Source: Paramecium tetraurelia (lineage: Eukaryota). Taken from it: a DNA stretch of 64,000 bases. The DNA lies in assembly GCA_000165425.1 (NCBI GenBank), contig CT868529.1:62001-126000 (forward strand), read 5' to 3'. A model generated the notes under the pieces. It was given only the letters and a program-made list of their open reading frames with translations. It was not told where the DNA came from and did not search any database. A program made the position numbers and the translations under genes. Below are positions 53,047 through 64,000 of the stretch, one piece after another. Position 1 is the first letter of the stretch; each line of letters starts with the position of its first letter.

Positions 53047-54021
53047 ATGAAGAATATTGGAATCGATCTTTTTGTCGGAATAGTTTCCAGTAAATATTAA
53101 TTTACAGTTTAGGTTGTGTTAATACAATGGTAGGTTACCCAATGGATTTTATTAAAACCAGGATGCAACTCCAACACACTAAATAGGGTACAATGTAATC
53201 AATAATAAAAATTATTTAAATGGAGGGCATCAAAGCATTGTATAGAGGTAGTATATTAAAAGGATGATATGAAAATAGGGGTATCTATTTAACTATTGAA
53301 CAGTGTATTTGCAGGATCAATTTATTTCACTACTTACGAGCAAATTCGAAGATAATTTGAAAAATACGATAATTTGCCTAGGAATAGTTATTTACCATTG
53401 CATCAAACTTTTCTAGCAGGGTCAACGGCTGTAAGTTAAAATATGAATTTAGGGTATTTGTAGTGATTTATTCGCTATTCCATTTGAATACACAAAAATT
53501 TAATCCTAAAAACAAGAAATTCTTAAGGGTTAAAAAGTTAAAGGTCCGTTGTATATTTTATTTGAAACCATTAGAAAATAAGGAATTAAATAAATATATA
53601 AGTATATTTTGTCTATATTATATTTAGGGGATCTCTATTGCAGGTGATAAGGGATTTTGTTGGATGCGGTTCATTTTTTTTAGCTCATTCAGAAACTTTG
53701 CATTTCTTTACACCTGAAGGTAAATCGAGAAATGAAGCATCTTAGACTGGAATCTTTGCAGCTAGCATAGCAGCAGGATTTGGATACTGGGTTATTAGCT
53801 ATCCATTAGATATCATAAAAACAAGATATTAAGTTGACAATTAGAAGTATTTGTTTAATTTAATTAGTGTATTAAATGTGGCAAAATAAACTTATTTATA
53901 AGGAGGAGTCTTATAATTCTACAAGGGGTTTAAAATCACAGTTCTAAGAAGTGTATTTGTCAATATATTTTAATTATACACCTATGAAAATTTAAGAAGA
54001 GCTTGCTATAAATATGCTTGA
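53047..54021 (+). CDS. Mitochondrial carrier (SLC25), carnitine/ornithine-carrier-like
   Basis: Three PX[DE]XX[KR] motifs: YPMDFIKTRMQ, IPFEYTKIQSQ, YPLDIIKTRYQ; several introns. Confidence 0.9.
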
Positions 54022-54111
54022 AATGTTGTTTATATTTCATTAATTATATCCATTACTACATATAAATACACATTTATAAATCTGTTCATTTTCTAATTTC
54101 CATCTATGAAC

Positions 54112-57100
54112 TCACCACTCACAATAATATATTTAGTCGTATTTATCCCAAGTATTCTGAAGGATAATTTATTCTTGATTTCTTTTATAGTAAGTATGGC
54201 ATTCCTCATTTTTGCAAATTACTTAATCGAATTAACTTTGCTAACATTATTGGCAAATCATGTTATATTTCTAAAAGCGACTTTGCGAATTGATAAGTTG
54301 CTAAATAATATAATTTAAGATATACTTGAGATATCTTAAATAGTATTTCTGACTATTGAGATCTGCAATTGAAACAAACAGGTTTATTTATTGGGACTTC
54401 GTCTCTGCAATTTACACATGTAATTCTCTTCTTTAAATATTTGTTTAGAGCCTTTTTAGATCCATTGTTTTGAACTACATTACAAAATGTTTTTTTAGGA
54501 ACTGATGTATATTAATTCAAATTAAATAAGGCTTCTGGATTTGGTATTATATGTTCTAAAATGTGGATGATCGGTATTTTTATTTAGTTAATGTAGTACT
54601 AGATGTTTAATTTATAATTATTTTTAAATGCTTCTAACGGATCTTAGGCGTTTTCTGATAATTGCTATCCAGGTATATTCTCTACAATAACGTAAGATAT
54701 TCTATCGCCTTTTTGAAATGTATTACTTTATTTATTTTTTACTTTGTCTTAGGCTACTTTGACATGAGGTTATTTTCTAAAATCATTTGTATCGTGATAC
54801 TTATCTGGATATGAATGAAATTCTTCCTCCTTATTTATTAAATCCTCATCAACAAAATCTGGCTCTTGAATTTTTATCGATAGAGATTTTGATATGATTA
54901 AATTTGAAATATTTATTTCCCCATTTAACAGTTATTGAATCTTTTCTTTCACAATGCTGACTGCTTTTTTATTATTTTATTCTATTAGTATCTCATGTAA
55001 CACCTAATTCAACATATCTCTTAAGAATTATGTGTTGTCTCTCCTAACTGTACAAATTCCTTTTTACTCAATTTTATCAGCTACCAATTTCGTTTCTTCC
55101 CAGAGGTAAATTCCAACATAAACGTTTTTTTACATACTAACAAAAAAAGGGAATTGATACATGTTTTTCAAAAAGAAAAGATTTTATTGGCTTTGGGAAA
55201 AGGAAACTAGTTACTTAAATTAGAATGCCTCAAATTGCGAATATTAAATAACATCAACTTAAATCTTAAAATTTTGGAAATTTATTAATAATGAAGTCTG
55301 TGTCTCCATATAAGAATTTCAGCATTTGGATAAATTGTTATTAATAATAGATATCGAAATTTTATAATATGGCTCTTCCTACCCTGAGTATAGATTATGT
55401 AATTTCTAAACAGGGAAGATACCCATGCTCTGCACAGCCAGTAAATCCAAAGATAGAATTAGCAGCGATTTTTAATGCTTGCTATCTAGCATCTAATAGA
55501 CTTTTCTTTTACTTATCTTCTTCTTAGCTAAAATTCCTGTTTTGTTACTGCCCTTTTTGCTAACAAATTTTCTAAAATTTATGGCAATATTCCCTTTTTT
55601 ATATGCTATTTAACAAATTTATGCCCAAATTCTGGGATGATATGGTAATCATTTTCATTTAACTTGATAGAATAATCCTTAATTATTGTTGTGTAGCACA
55701 TGTTATATGCTATGATTATACTTGGGTACAAGGATACAAAATCAAAGAGAGCTAATGGTATTTTATAAAAGCCCTTTTTAGGTTCTAACACCAAGGCTCC
55801 TTTTAAATTAGATGTATCTGGCTTTACCAGATGATTTTCATCAGGAACCAAATATTCATTTTTTTTGGTCTATCTAAGTAGTTATGACAATACTTTAATC
55901 GATTAACCTCTCTATATAATATAGTCGATTGGTACTCCAGTAACTTTTGAAATTTCTGCATAAGTGTAAATCCATCCTTTATAAAGTAATATTTCTAAAC
56001 AAGCTTCTGACTTTCTTAAACTATATGTAGATATTCTTTTAATATTATTCTATTCATATAACTAAAAGATAGTTTCTTAATCATATATTTCTATTTATCG
56101 ATTAAAAAGCGAATAATAAATACTTCCAAGTGAATACTAAGATATTTTTGTGTCCCTCAACATACAAATCAACGTATCTAATTGAATTCTACCATTTGTC
56201 TCAACAAATTTTGTTTCTCTCATTCTCATTACAGTACTAAAGAATCTACCATTAGATATTAAACTTTCTTCATTTTTTGATCTGCCATAATTCAAATATT
56301 GACAATTAAGTCCCAAAGTTCTTGATCTTTATATAATTAAAGGTAATAATTCATCATGTAGATTGTAACCTGTAATAACATCAGGATCAAAAGATAGAAA
56401 AAATTAGTTGAATTATTTTAATAAATCTATTTCATTTTCTGATTAATAGATTATCGCATTTATTATTTCATAGCATTTTTTTTAGGTAAACACAATTCGT
56501 CTCTCAAATACTGGATTGATTTGTATTACACAAGTAATAACGATAATTTCTTTAGAAGAATCAAGTGTTATTTGCGATGGAAAAATTGTTTGAATGTCAA
56601 GACTAATTATTCTTAAGTTTGGTATATGTTATTAATCTTCATGAGGACTAATATCTTCAGTTTTTGCTAAGTAACTTTTTTAACAATTAGACTCTCCATC
56701 TTCTTTGAGATTTTTCGCCATTGCCCATCCCATGCCTCTTAAATTTAAATCGATCATAAATTTTAATGGATATGTTATTCTACATTCATAAGTTTACTTT
56801 GCAAACTAAAATCCGTTTAGATTTAACCCTTTTTCTATGAGTTAAGCTACTTTCTTCATTGAACTAACATTATAAAAACTTAATTTTAAAAAAGGTTCTT
56901 TTTGGTAATTTTAACCTTTATAATTCCTTATAATTTCACTCTCAACAACAGTAATTTCTCTAATTGGTTACGATTCAGCGATAATCCCGTTTTTATAAAG
57001 ATGATTATTAAATTAATGTAAAAAATAATCAATATCCTTATCATCCCTTACTAATTTTGAGGGAAAAGGAATATAGAAATAAGGAAAATAGTCTATTATC

Positions 57101-57375
57101 TTAATTTCTAAGGATTGTTGTTAATCTGTAATACCAAATAGTCTAATTTAATTTGTATTCAATTTATAATCACAATCTAGAATTATAAAAGTTAATTTAT
57201 CTAATTCTTATATGGGAATTCTTCTATAATGATTTAGAATGCACGAAAAATGTGTATTATTGAAATTTTAGGTATTCTGATCCGCTTTAGAAAATGCTGT
57301 TTAAAACATCTCCTGTTAATGGACAGTTTCATTATAATCAAGAGTTTTGTGATTATCATCCTTGAATTCGTTCAT
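54112..57375 (-). CDS. POLD1: Family B DNA polymerase, delta-like catalytic subunit paralog with degenerate 3'-5' exonuclease; local frameshifts at about 55120-55345
   Basis: EISKVTGVP..RGQSIKVLSQLLR, DFVSLYPSIIIAYNMCYTT, RQQALKIAANSIFGFTG, LPCLEI, YGDTD, KGICTVRRDN, GDRISYVIV, CysA CVNC..CFNC, CysB CQQC..CKNEEC. Confidence 0.88.
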
Positions 57376-57634
57376 TGTAAATATTAATATAATTTCCCTT
57401 TTCTTTAATTGGTATTTCTGATTATATGTTATAATCTTAAATGAATTAAAATAAATTTTTAGAGCCAAAATCAAAAAATGATATGAATAAAAAGAATCAG
57501 TTGAATATTTATAATATGATTGATTAAATAATTTATAGATAGCAATATATTAATGGTGAATTATTGAATAGAAATCTAATTAGCTTAGTTTAGTGCCTTT
57601 AATAAATATTAATTTTATTTAATAAGTTTTATAA

Positions 57635-58323
57635 ATGATAACTCCTTAAGAATAACTTGATATCAGTACTTTAACTTTTAAATTTAGTCATTAAGAAGAT
57701 TAAGTCATATGTAAATGGAAAATCTCAAACTACAATTAGAACTTTAGGGAAAACATTTAGAGGTTTTGAATCTTTCGATCAAAAATGCAGAATTGATAAA
57801 GATGAATTTCTGATTGGATTAAAATAAAATGGTGTTGTACTAACTAAATTTTAAACAGATGTAAGCATTCATGTTACTTTAGTTTCTACTAAATTATCTT
57901 GATAGAAACAGAGATGGATCTATTGATGTTGCTGAATTTCTTTATTTAATTAGAGTATTAATAATTATCAATTGATTTAGGGATCCCCAAATGAGAATAG
58001 ATTAAATGTCATTGTTTAAGCATTTAAGAAGTTTGATAAAGAAAATTTGGGAATTATAGTTGCAGATGAATTCAAGGGAATATTTAATGCTAAAAACCAT
58101 CCTAAAGTAACCAGAGGAGAATTAACAGAGGATCAAGCTTATATAGAGTTTTTATAATATTTCAAAGAAGGCAATAAGTCTGGCCATATTACATTGAATG
58201 TAAATTATAATAATAATACCTATAATTTAGGAATGGAAGGAATACTATGCTGCAGTTAGTGCTGATATCGAATCAGATGAAAACTTTATTGCTTTGATAA
58301 AAGAAACATGGAGACTAAAATGA
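57635..58323 (+). CDS. Calcyphosin-like EF-hand protein
   Basis: IRTLGKTFR, DRNRDGSIDVAEFL..RGSPNENR..AFKKFDK, FNAKNHPKVTRGELTE, EWKEYYAAVSADIESDENF..TW; 4 introns. Confidence 0.9.
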
Positions 58324-58364
58324 ATGAAATTTAATAGATAAGTATCATAATTACATCATGATTC

Positions 58365-60136
58365 TCAAGACTCAGATTCATTATTTTAATAAATTCCTTC
58401 CTTTTATTGTTGATTTTCCTTCTACTATTCATTATTATTCTGGATACTATTGTTTTTCTTATCGCTCTCTTTTGGGTTTTCATTTTATTCTTCTATTTAA
58501 TTTTCATTTCCGTTTTATTTCTCTTACGATATTTTTATATCTTTTTATTCAATTTCCTACTCTGATTCTGAACTTGATTTATTTTCTAGCTTCTCCAATC
58601 TTCTTAATCTTTCATGAGATCTGGACCTAGAACGAGACGATCTAATGAATAATAACATTAAAATTACTTCTTTAATGTTTTTTTTGATTTCACTACAATT
58701 TACAAAATTAATGGTTTTATTAATGCAGGATTAATGTCATCTTATCCATTTTTATTATTATCCCTTATAGGATATACGATCATGTGGACCCAACCATTTT
58801 GGAAGTGAGATGTAACTTCATTGATTTATAGTTTCTCAACTTCTATTATTCCATCCTCTAGCCAAATATTATCCTCAGGTAATCTTAAAATTCCCTGGTT
58901 TTATGAATTGAGTTGCAATAACATTGGTTTATCATCTGATGAATATAGTTGTATCTCTAATTCTATCTTATTTTTATTTTTAATATTTTATCCTTTCATA
59001 TCCTTCAGGGCAATTTCAAGGTTAAAGTTCTTGTCCTTAAATAAAACAGTATCTAAGTCATTAATCAATACCAATTAGTATTAAAATTCATTTAAACTAT
59101 AAGATAAAGATTTTAATAGGACATTGTTATGAGTCATTTCTTGATGAGGGATTGATACTTAAATAATAGAATTTATATTATACATCTACTAACAAAATCT
59201 TCTGTCTATCCATTATCGAATTTTTGTTCAACAATTCTTTATAGATTTGTTATCTCATCCAATATCTATGTTATAACACTCTCCAAATTGGCATTTTTAT
59301 TCTTAAAGTCTAATAGCATCTAGTTTTGTTAAACAAACATATTTAAAATTTTTAATTAAAACTCGTTCACAACTTATGAAAACCCTAAAACATTATAAAT
59401 ACTTCATATTACCTTATTCTAAATTATTTGATTGTGTCATACTATTATTATTTGTATTTGAGCTTGCCTAAGTTTAAGTTTATGTTTAAGGTGCCTATTA
59501 TTATTGTTAAATTTGCTGTTGTTATTGTTATTGTTATTGTTATTGCTATTGTTATGAAAGTAGTTATTATTATTATTATTGCTATTACTATGGCATCATT
59601 TGATTCTGTCCTAATTACTATTATAATTGTGGCTATTGTTTAAATGGAAAATCAAAATTTGGCATTTGTCCCATAGGTCCTTAAGGAATCGGGCCCATTC
59701 CAGGTAATTACATCGGTCCTGGACCCATAGGCCCCATAGGACCCATTGGACCCATGGCACTCATTGGACCCATAGGACCCATGGGACCTGGTCCCATTGT
59801 TCCTGGAGGTAATTGGCCTGGTCCCATTGGAGGCATACCAAATCCAATTGGCATTGGAGGCATATTTGGTAAACCCTATGGCATACCATTGATATTCATT
59901 CCACCTTGATTAGGCGGAAGAGAATTCATTTGAAGGCCTGGGTCATGCATAAATTAATCCGGAAATGGATATTTTTAATTTGGAGGAGGCGGCATCATTG
60001 GTTGAGGAAAAGGCGGAGTCCAACATTAGTAATATTGAGGATTTGGCATAGGTAACATTCGTCCATATGGATCTGGATTACCCATTTGTTAGAACATCTA
60101 CTAGTAAAGTCTCTACTACTCTTCATTTGGATTCAT
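58365..60136 (-). CDS. Pro/Gly/Met- and Gln-rich protein with a C-terminal beta-sandwich-like domain; candidate transcription factor
   Basis: (GPM)n repeats, poly-Gln, then LEDGIIEVEKLQINEVTSHFQNGWVHMIVYP..IKPLILQIVVKSKK followed by a basic RSRSRS segment. Confidence 0.7.
59690..59830 (-). repeat. Coding 9-bp-period repeat (Gly-Pro-Met)n
   Basis: Repeated ggacccatag/ggcccatag/ggacccattg units on the + strand. Confidence 0.8.
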
Positions 60137-60157
60137 TGATATGTTAAATAAATTATT

Positions 60158-61384
60158 ATGAAATAATAGCACATTTCACTCCCCAATTTATCAAAGTTAC
60201 AAAATCTTCCTTCAAGCGATAGAAGTCCTATAACTGTAAATACTCCTTCAAGAAAAGCAAGTGAAGTGCTGGTTAAATTTAACTTCCATCTTAATCCTTC
60301 TTTGCACAAAAAAAAATAAATAAAAAATACCACTAATAATGAATTTCAAACAAAAAAAATAAGCAAGGTTACACGAAATATCATGGAACTTGTAATATTT
60401 TATCATTATATATTTCCAAGAGGAGGAGGAAAAAAATGAAATGTGATTCGCTCTAAATCAAACCTAGAATTCAAGCATGTAAGACAAATAAAGGAGGAAC
60501 AATTTCAGTACTGAAAAATAATGAATAATGCAGATCCTATTTACATAAAAAATATAAAGATTAAATTTATACTGGAGCCTCTGAATTTAGTGATAAGAGT
60601 AAAGATAAATTTAGATTACAGATGGTCAAATGGCTAATAGATAATAAAAAGGATGTTGTTAGCGCTTTGAATGAAAATAAACAAAATATTTTAGAATGGG
60701 TTCAATGTGTTGAAAAAGTAGACAGAGATGAATTTGATATCATACTTCATGGAATCTAGTTGTACAAGGATCCAAATCTAATAAATCGTTTATTTTGGTA
60801 TCAAGTAGCAATTATTTAGGGTATTTGATTTAAATGATGATGGATACATTGAATTTAATGAAATACAATATTCAATAAATTTATTTAGAGAATACGATTA
60901 ATAGGACAAGATTCAGATATTTTTTGAGCTTTGTGATGAAAATGATGATGGTTATATAAATGAGGAAGACATCAAAAAATTTTTCTCCAAGAATCTTACC
61001 AATTAAGAAGAGCTAAGATAAATGAAATTTTTGATGAAAGATTTCTATCAAGAACTAAATCCTTATAATTTTAAAGGATTAAATGCTGAAGATTTATATA
61101 AAGCTACTTTAAGTGATCAAAATATAAGGATAATAGTTGAAAAAAATACTTTGATTCTTAAATCAAATAATAAAAAAGAAGATGATATAGGGTCAAGCCT
61201 TAATAATCTTATTTATTCTGGATAATAGTAATGTATATACTAATATTTTTAGTGAAGGAAAATAAGGCATATTCTTCCCTTAGATTGAGGGTTTAATTGA
61301 TGCCTTAATTGAGAAGGACAGAATTATGATGCAATATAAATAGATAAATTGGATTTTGATTAGATTGAAGATAATTCTGATTGA
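60158..61384 (+). CDS. EF-hand protein (calcineurin-B/NCS-like pair) with N-terminal extension
   Basis: RLFWVFDLNDDGYIEFNEI..DKIQIFFELCDENDDGYINEEDI; 3 introns. Confidence 0.82.
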
Positions 61385-61424
61385 TTTTATTTTTTATATA
61401 AATAAATTTCAAATTTGAAAATAA

Positions 61425-62246
61425 ATGGCAGGTAAAATATAAATCTGAGTCTTTAGATCAATTAGAAGAGAGAGCATAAAGAATTTTCGGAAAGTTATAA
61501 TCAATATAGAACAATGTTGAGGGGGAGAAATAATAAAAATTCAAATTAATATTGGGATATTTGTAGAGTGTTGAATCAGCAATTGAAGATGTTTAATAAT
61601 AGAAAAATTAAAAGTTTTTAGACATTGCAGAAAAAGTATTAATTTAATTGAATCAAGTTATAAAGATTGAAGTCAATGTTAGACACAGAAAAGGAGGCTA
61701 GAGATTAAATCAATGAAAAAATGAAAAAAGAAATATTATCAGTTGAAAAGAATTGTAAAACTCTTTTGAATAGTTTCAGCAAAGAAAGATTGGAAACTGA
61801 GAAGAGAGTGTTTTAAAATCTTTCTTAATAGGTTGATTAATTATCAACAGAAATTTAAAAAGAATTTCATTAAAAGTCTGAGACTTAAAATAAATTATTA
61901 GAAATCTAAAATGGTATAAATTCAAAGTAATAAAATAGAGTAAATCCCTTAATTCTACTAAGAAATAGAATAAGAAATTAGAATTAGAGAAGAAATTGAG
62001 GAAAAAATTGCCCAATAATTTAATGAGCAATTGGATGAACTCAAAAGAATATTTGATAGTCAATAAAAGTAAAGAGAATAAAGAGAAGAGGAAATCATTG
62101 GAATATTAAAGAAGATTTACTAGAATGCCTATGATGCATGCAAAAGGAATAGAGCTGATAGAGAAAGAAATGAAGAATTATTAGTTAAATTAGTTGAATA
62201 AGTAGTTGAAAAAATTAAAAGAGAGATAGTTGATTCTGATTTTTGA
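61425..62246 (+). CDS. SF-assemblin/beta-giardin family (kinetodesmal fibre) coiled-coil protein
   Basis: Segmented coiled coil with EKEARD, QRKDWKLREE, RADRERNEELLVKLVEQVVEKI; tiny introns. Confidence 0.72.
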
Positions 62247-62328
62247 AAAAACATTATTAATATTATTATATGATTTTGACCTTGCAATTATTTATAATTA
62301 TTTGTAGTTGATTCTATAATATAAATAT

Positions 62329-63434
62329 TCAAATTTAGACATGTACCAATATCAAAGTAATGTCGTCTCTACTACCATCATTTTGATCCCATTTTTAGTA
62401 GGTTTCCCCTAATATTTTTTAGACTCCCAAATCTATATCTAATTGGGTAAAAGGAGGATCTAGTTGATCTATTATCTTTTAGACACTCTCAAAATCCATT
62501 TTATCCCAAAGTCCGTCACTTGCTAATAAAATAAATCCGTTATTTTATATTTTATATCTTAAAATTTCAGGATCAGCAATAACTCCCACTGATTTGGCTG
62601 CCATATCACCAAATGATCTTGACATTGCCAACCCAGGTACATCTTCATTAGCTAGCCAAACCCTATAAGGCCCTAATCTTTTTCCATCAATCAAACTTTA
62701 TTCAACTCTGCCTCCAAATTTCATTATTCTTTTATATTCAAAAGTCTTATTAGGTTTATGATCATATGATAATGGTCTATTGTACCATAGATCTTGAGAT
62801 TTATAAAAAAAGACAGCCCTTGAATCTCCAATATTTGCACAATAAATTCTTGATCCGATCAACAAAATAACTACTCCAGTAGAACCACTAAAATTGCATG
62901 CAATATTTGTTTTATCTACCTAAATTAAATTAAATTATTACTAAATCGTTTTCTACTTGTTAAAAAGCAATTTACAATGATTAAGAAAAATAATTAGGAT
63001 TATTGGCATTATTTTGAACTAGCTAATTTTCTATTACTTTAATCATATGTCTTGAAACAAATTATGATACTAAATGCCCACTTTGCCCATGTCCATCAAA
63101 GATACCAAAGAAATGCCAATCATTTTGATTACACATATTTTTTTTTATTGCAAGACAATCTTAATTGATTTTCTATTTCTTTTTATGATTTTGACCAGGA
63201 AGTGTTCTACTGTTTTTCAATATCATACTTTGATGCTACTTAAATTAACAATTCTTCTTCTTATTATATTTCAGTTTAAATTCTCTTCATATGATCTTTT
63301 TAAATTGGAGGCAATTTATCGACAATACTCAACATTGATTAATGATTAATTTTCCTTAAATTTTATTTCTAATTGGTTGTACTAATAGAACGAGGAATTT
63401 TAAATTATCTTATAATGTCTAATTTTTAATTCAT
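62329..63434 (-). CDS. Protein phosphatase 2C (PPM family)
   Basis: KINQD, FGIFDGHG, SGSTG, ANIGDSRA, DHKP, PGLAMSRSFGD, LLASDGLWD, RDDITLI. Confidence 0.95.
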
Positions 63435-63448
63435 ATATTTTAATAATA

Positions 63449-64000
63449 TCACTAAAATGGTCCAACTCTTTATCCTTATAATTGCATCTAGGTGCTTCTT
63501 ACATTAAAAACTCCTTCAATTATTGTTTATTGAGTCTCACCTATCACTTACTTTTCTCCTAAATCTATGTTGAAATTCTTAACAAATAATGGATTTGGAT
63601 TTGATAAAACATCATCATTGCAAGATAATCCATCCAAATATTATTTGAGTAAAGATTATAATTGATTACTTTCATTTTGTAATGCCTCTTTTTATTTTTA
63701 GATTGCTAAAATGTCCAATAAGACCTAATAAATAATATACATTATATACCTTATTGTATCTTTTATAGAAATTATTTAGATATGCAAATTCTTCATATTA
63801 ATCTTTTTCAATAGCTTCAAAGTCATTTTTCAAGTTTTCTGGAATCTGATCCAAATCAACTGTATCTTCATAAAAAGGCAAGACCTTTTCTCTTTCTGTT
63901 TCCAATCTTCTACATAATTCAGCTGTCTTAAGTATCTTTTCTCCTAATTCCTTGTATTCAGTTAATTTTAAAACTGCATTTCTACTATTGTTAACCAATT
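63449..64000 (-). CDS. DRC2: Dynein regulatory complex subunit 2 (CCDC65), C-terminal part
   Basis: GEKILKTAELCRRLETEREKVLPFY, LNNFYKRYNKVLLD, LLKQYLDGLS..VLSNPNPLF. Confidence 0.9.

Noticed and set aside
54112..57375. Viral, Polinton or plasmid-type B polymerase, or REV3
   Set aside because: Has delta-specific signatures, CysA/CysB clusters, a spliceosomal intron and host codon usage; no flanking TIRs, integrase or capsid genes; no REV3 insert
59428..59643. Very hydrophobic (V/I-rich) + strand ORF suggesting a membrane peptide
   Set aside because: It is the reverse complement of the CAA/TAA poly-Gln tract of the 58365-60136 gene
59690..59830. Collagen-like triple helix from Gly-Pro-Met repeats
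   Set aside because: Short and interrupted, with no signal peptide; better seen as a low-complexity intracellular tract
1..64000. Apparent mass pseudogenisation or stop-codon readthrough as a novelty
   Set aside because: TAA/TAG=Gln and 20-30 nt introns are the established Paramecium code and gene structure

Overview
Gene-dense, very AT-rich eukaryotic DNA with the hallmarks of a Paramecium (probably aurelia-group) macronuclear chromosome. TAA/TAG read as Gln and TGA is the only stop (ciliate code 6), GT..AG introns are tiny (about 20-30 nt), and spacers are often only 11-45 bp. The supplied standard-code ORF track is therefore mostly fragments or antisense shadows. Hand re-translation gives about 45 protein genes. 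Recognisable ones include mitochondrial bL21, CK2 beta, a p24/GOLD protein, an RNI-like LRR protein, PDIA6-type PDI, RPL17, an RCC1-repeat protein, RPA2, a DHHC palmitoyltransferase, TBCCD1, Bud20/ZNF593, a DOLPP1-type PAP2, LYRM2, a CRT10-like WD40, enkurin, a mitochondrial carrier, calcyphosin, SF-assemblin, PP2C and DRC2. The most notable items are: (1) a DNA polymerase delta paralog with intact polymerase and CysA/CysB motifs but all three proofreading Exo motifs degenerate; (2) an intron-containing tandem-SIS MurQ/GKRP-like gene; (3) two tandem small secreted proteins resembling a stand-alone violaxanthin de-epoxidase Cys-rich domain, with a shared TGACGT+TATA upstream module; (4) a candidate CudA/CBP60-like transcription factor; (5) two divergent importin-alpha-like genes and two probable pseudo-enzymes. 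No rRNA, tRNA, CRISPR, transposon or telomeric array was recognised. All calls come from manual reading without database searches, and exon boundaries are inferred.
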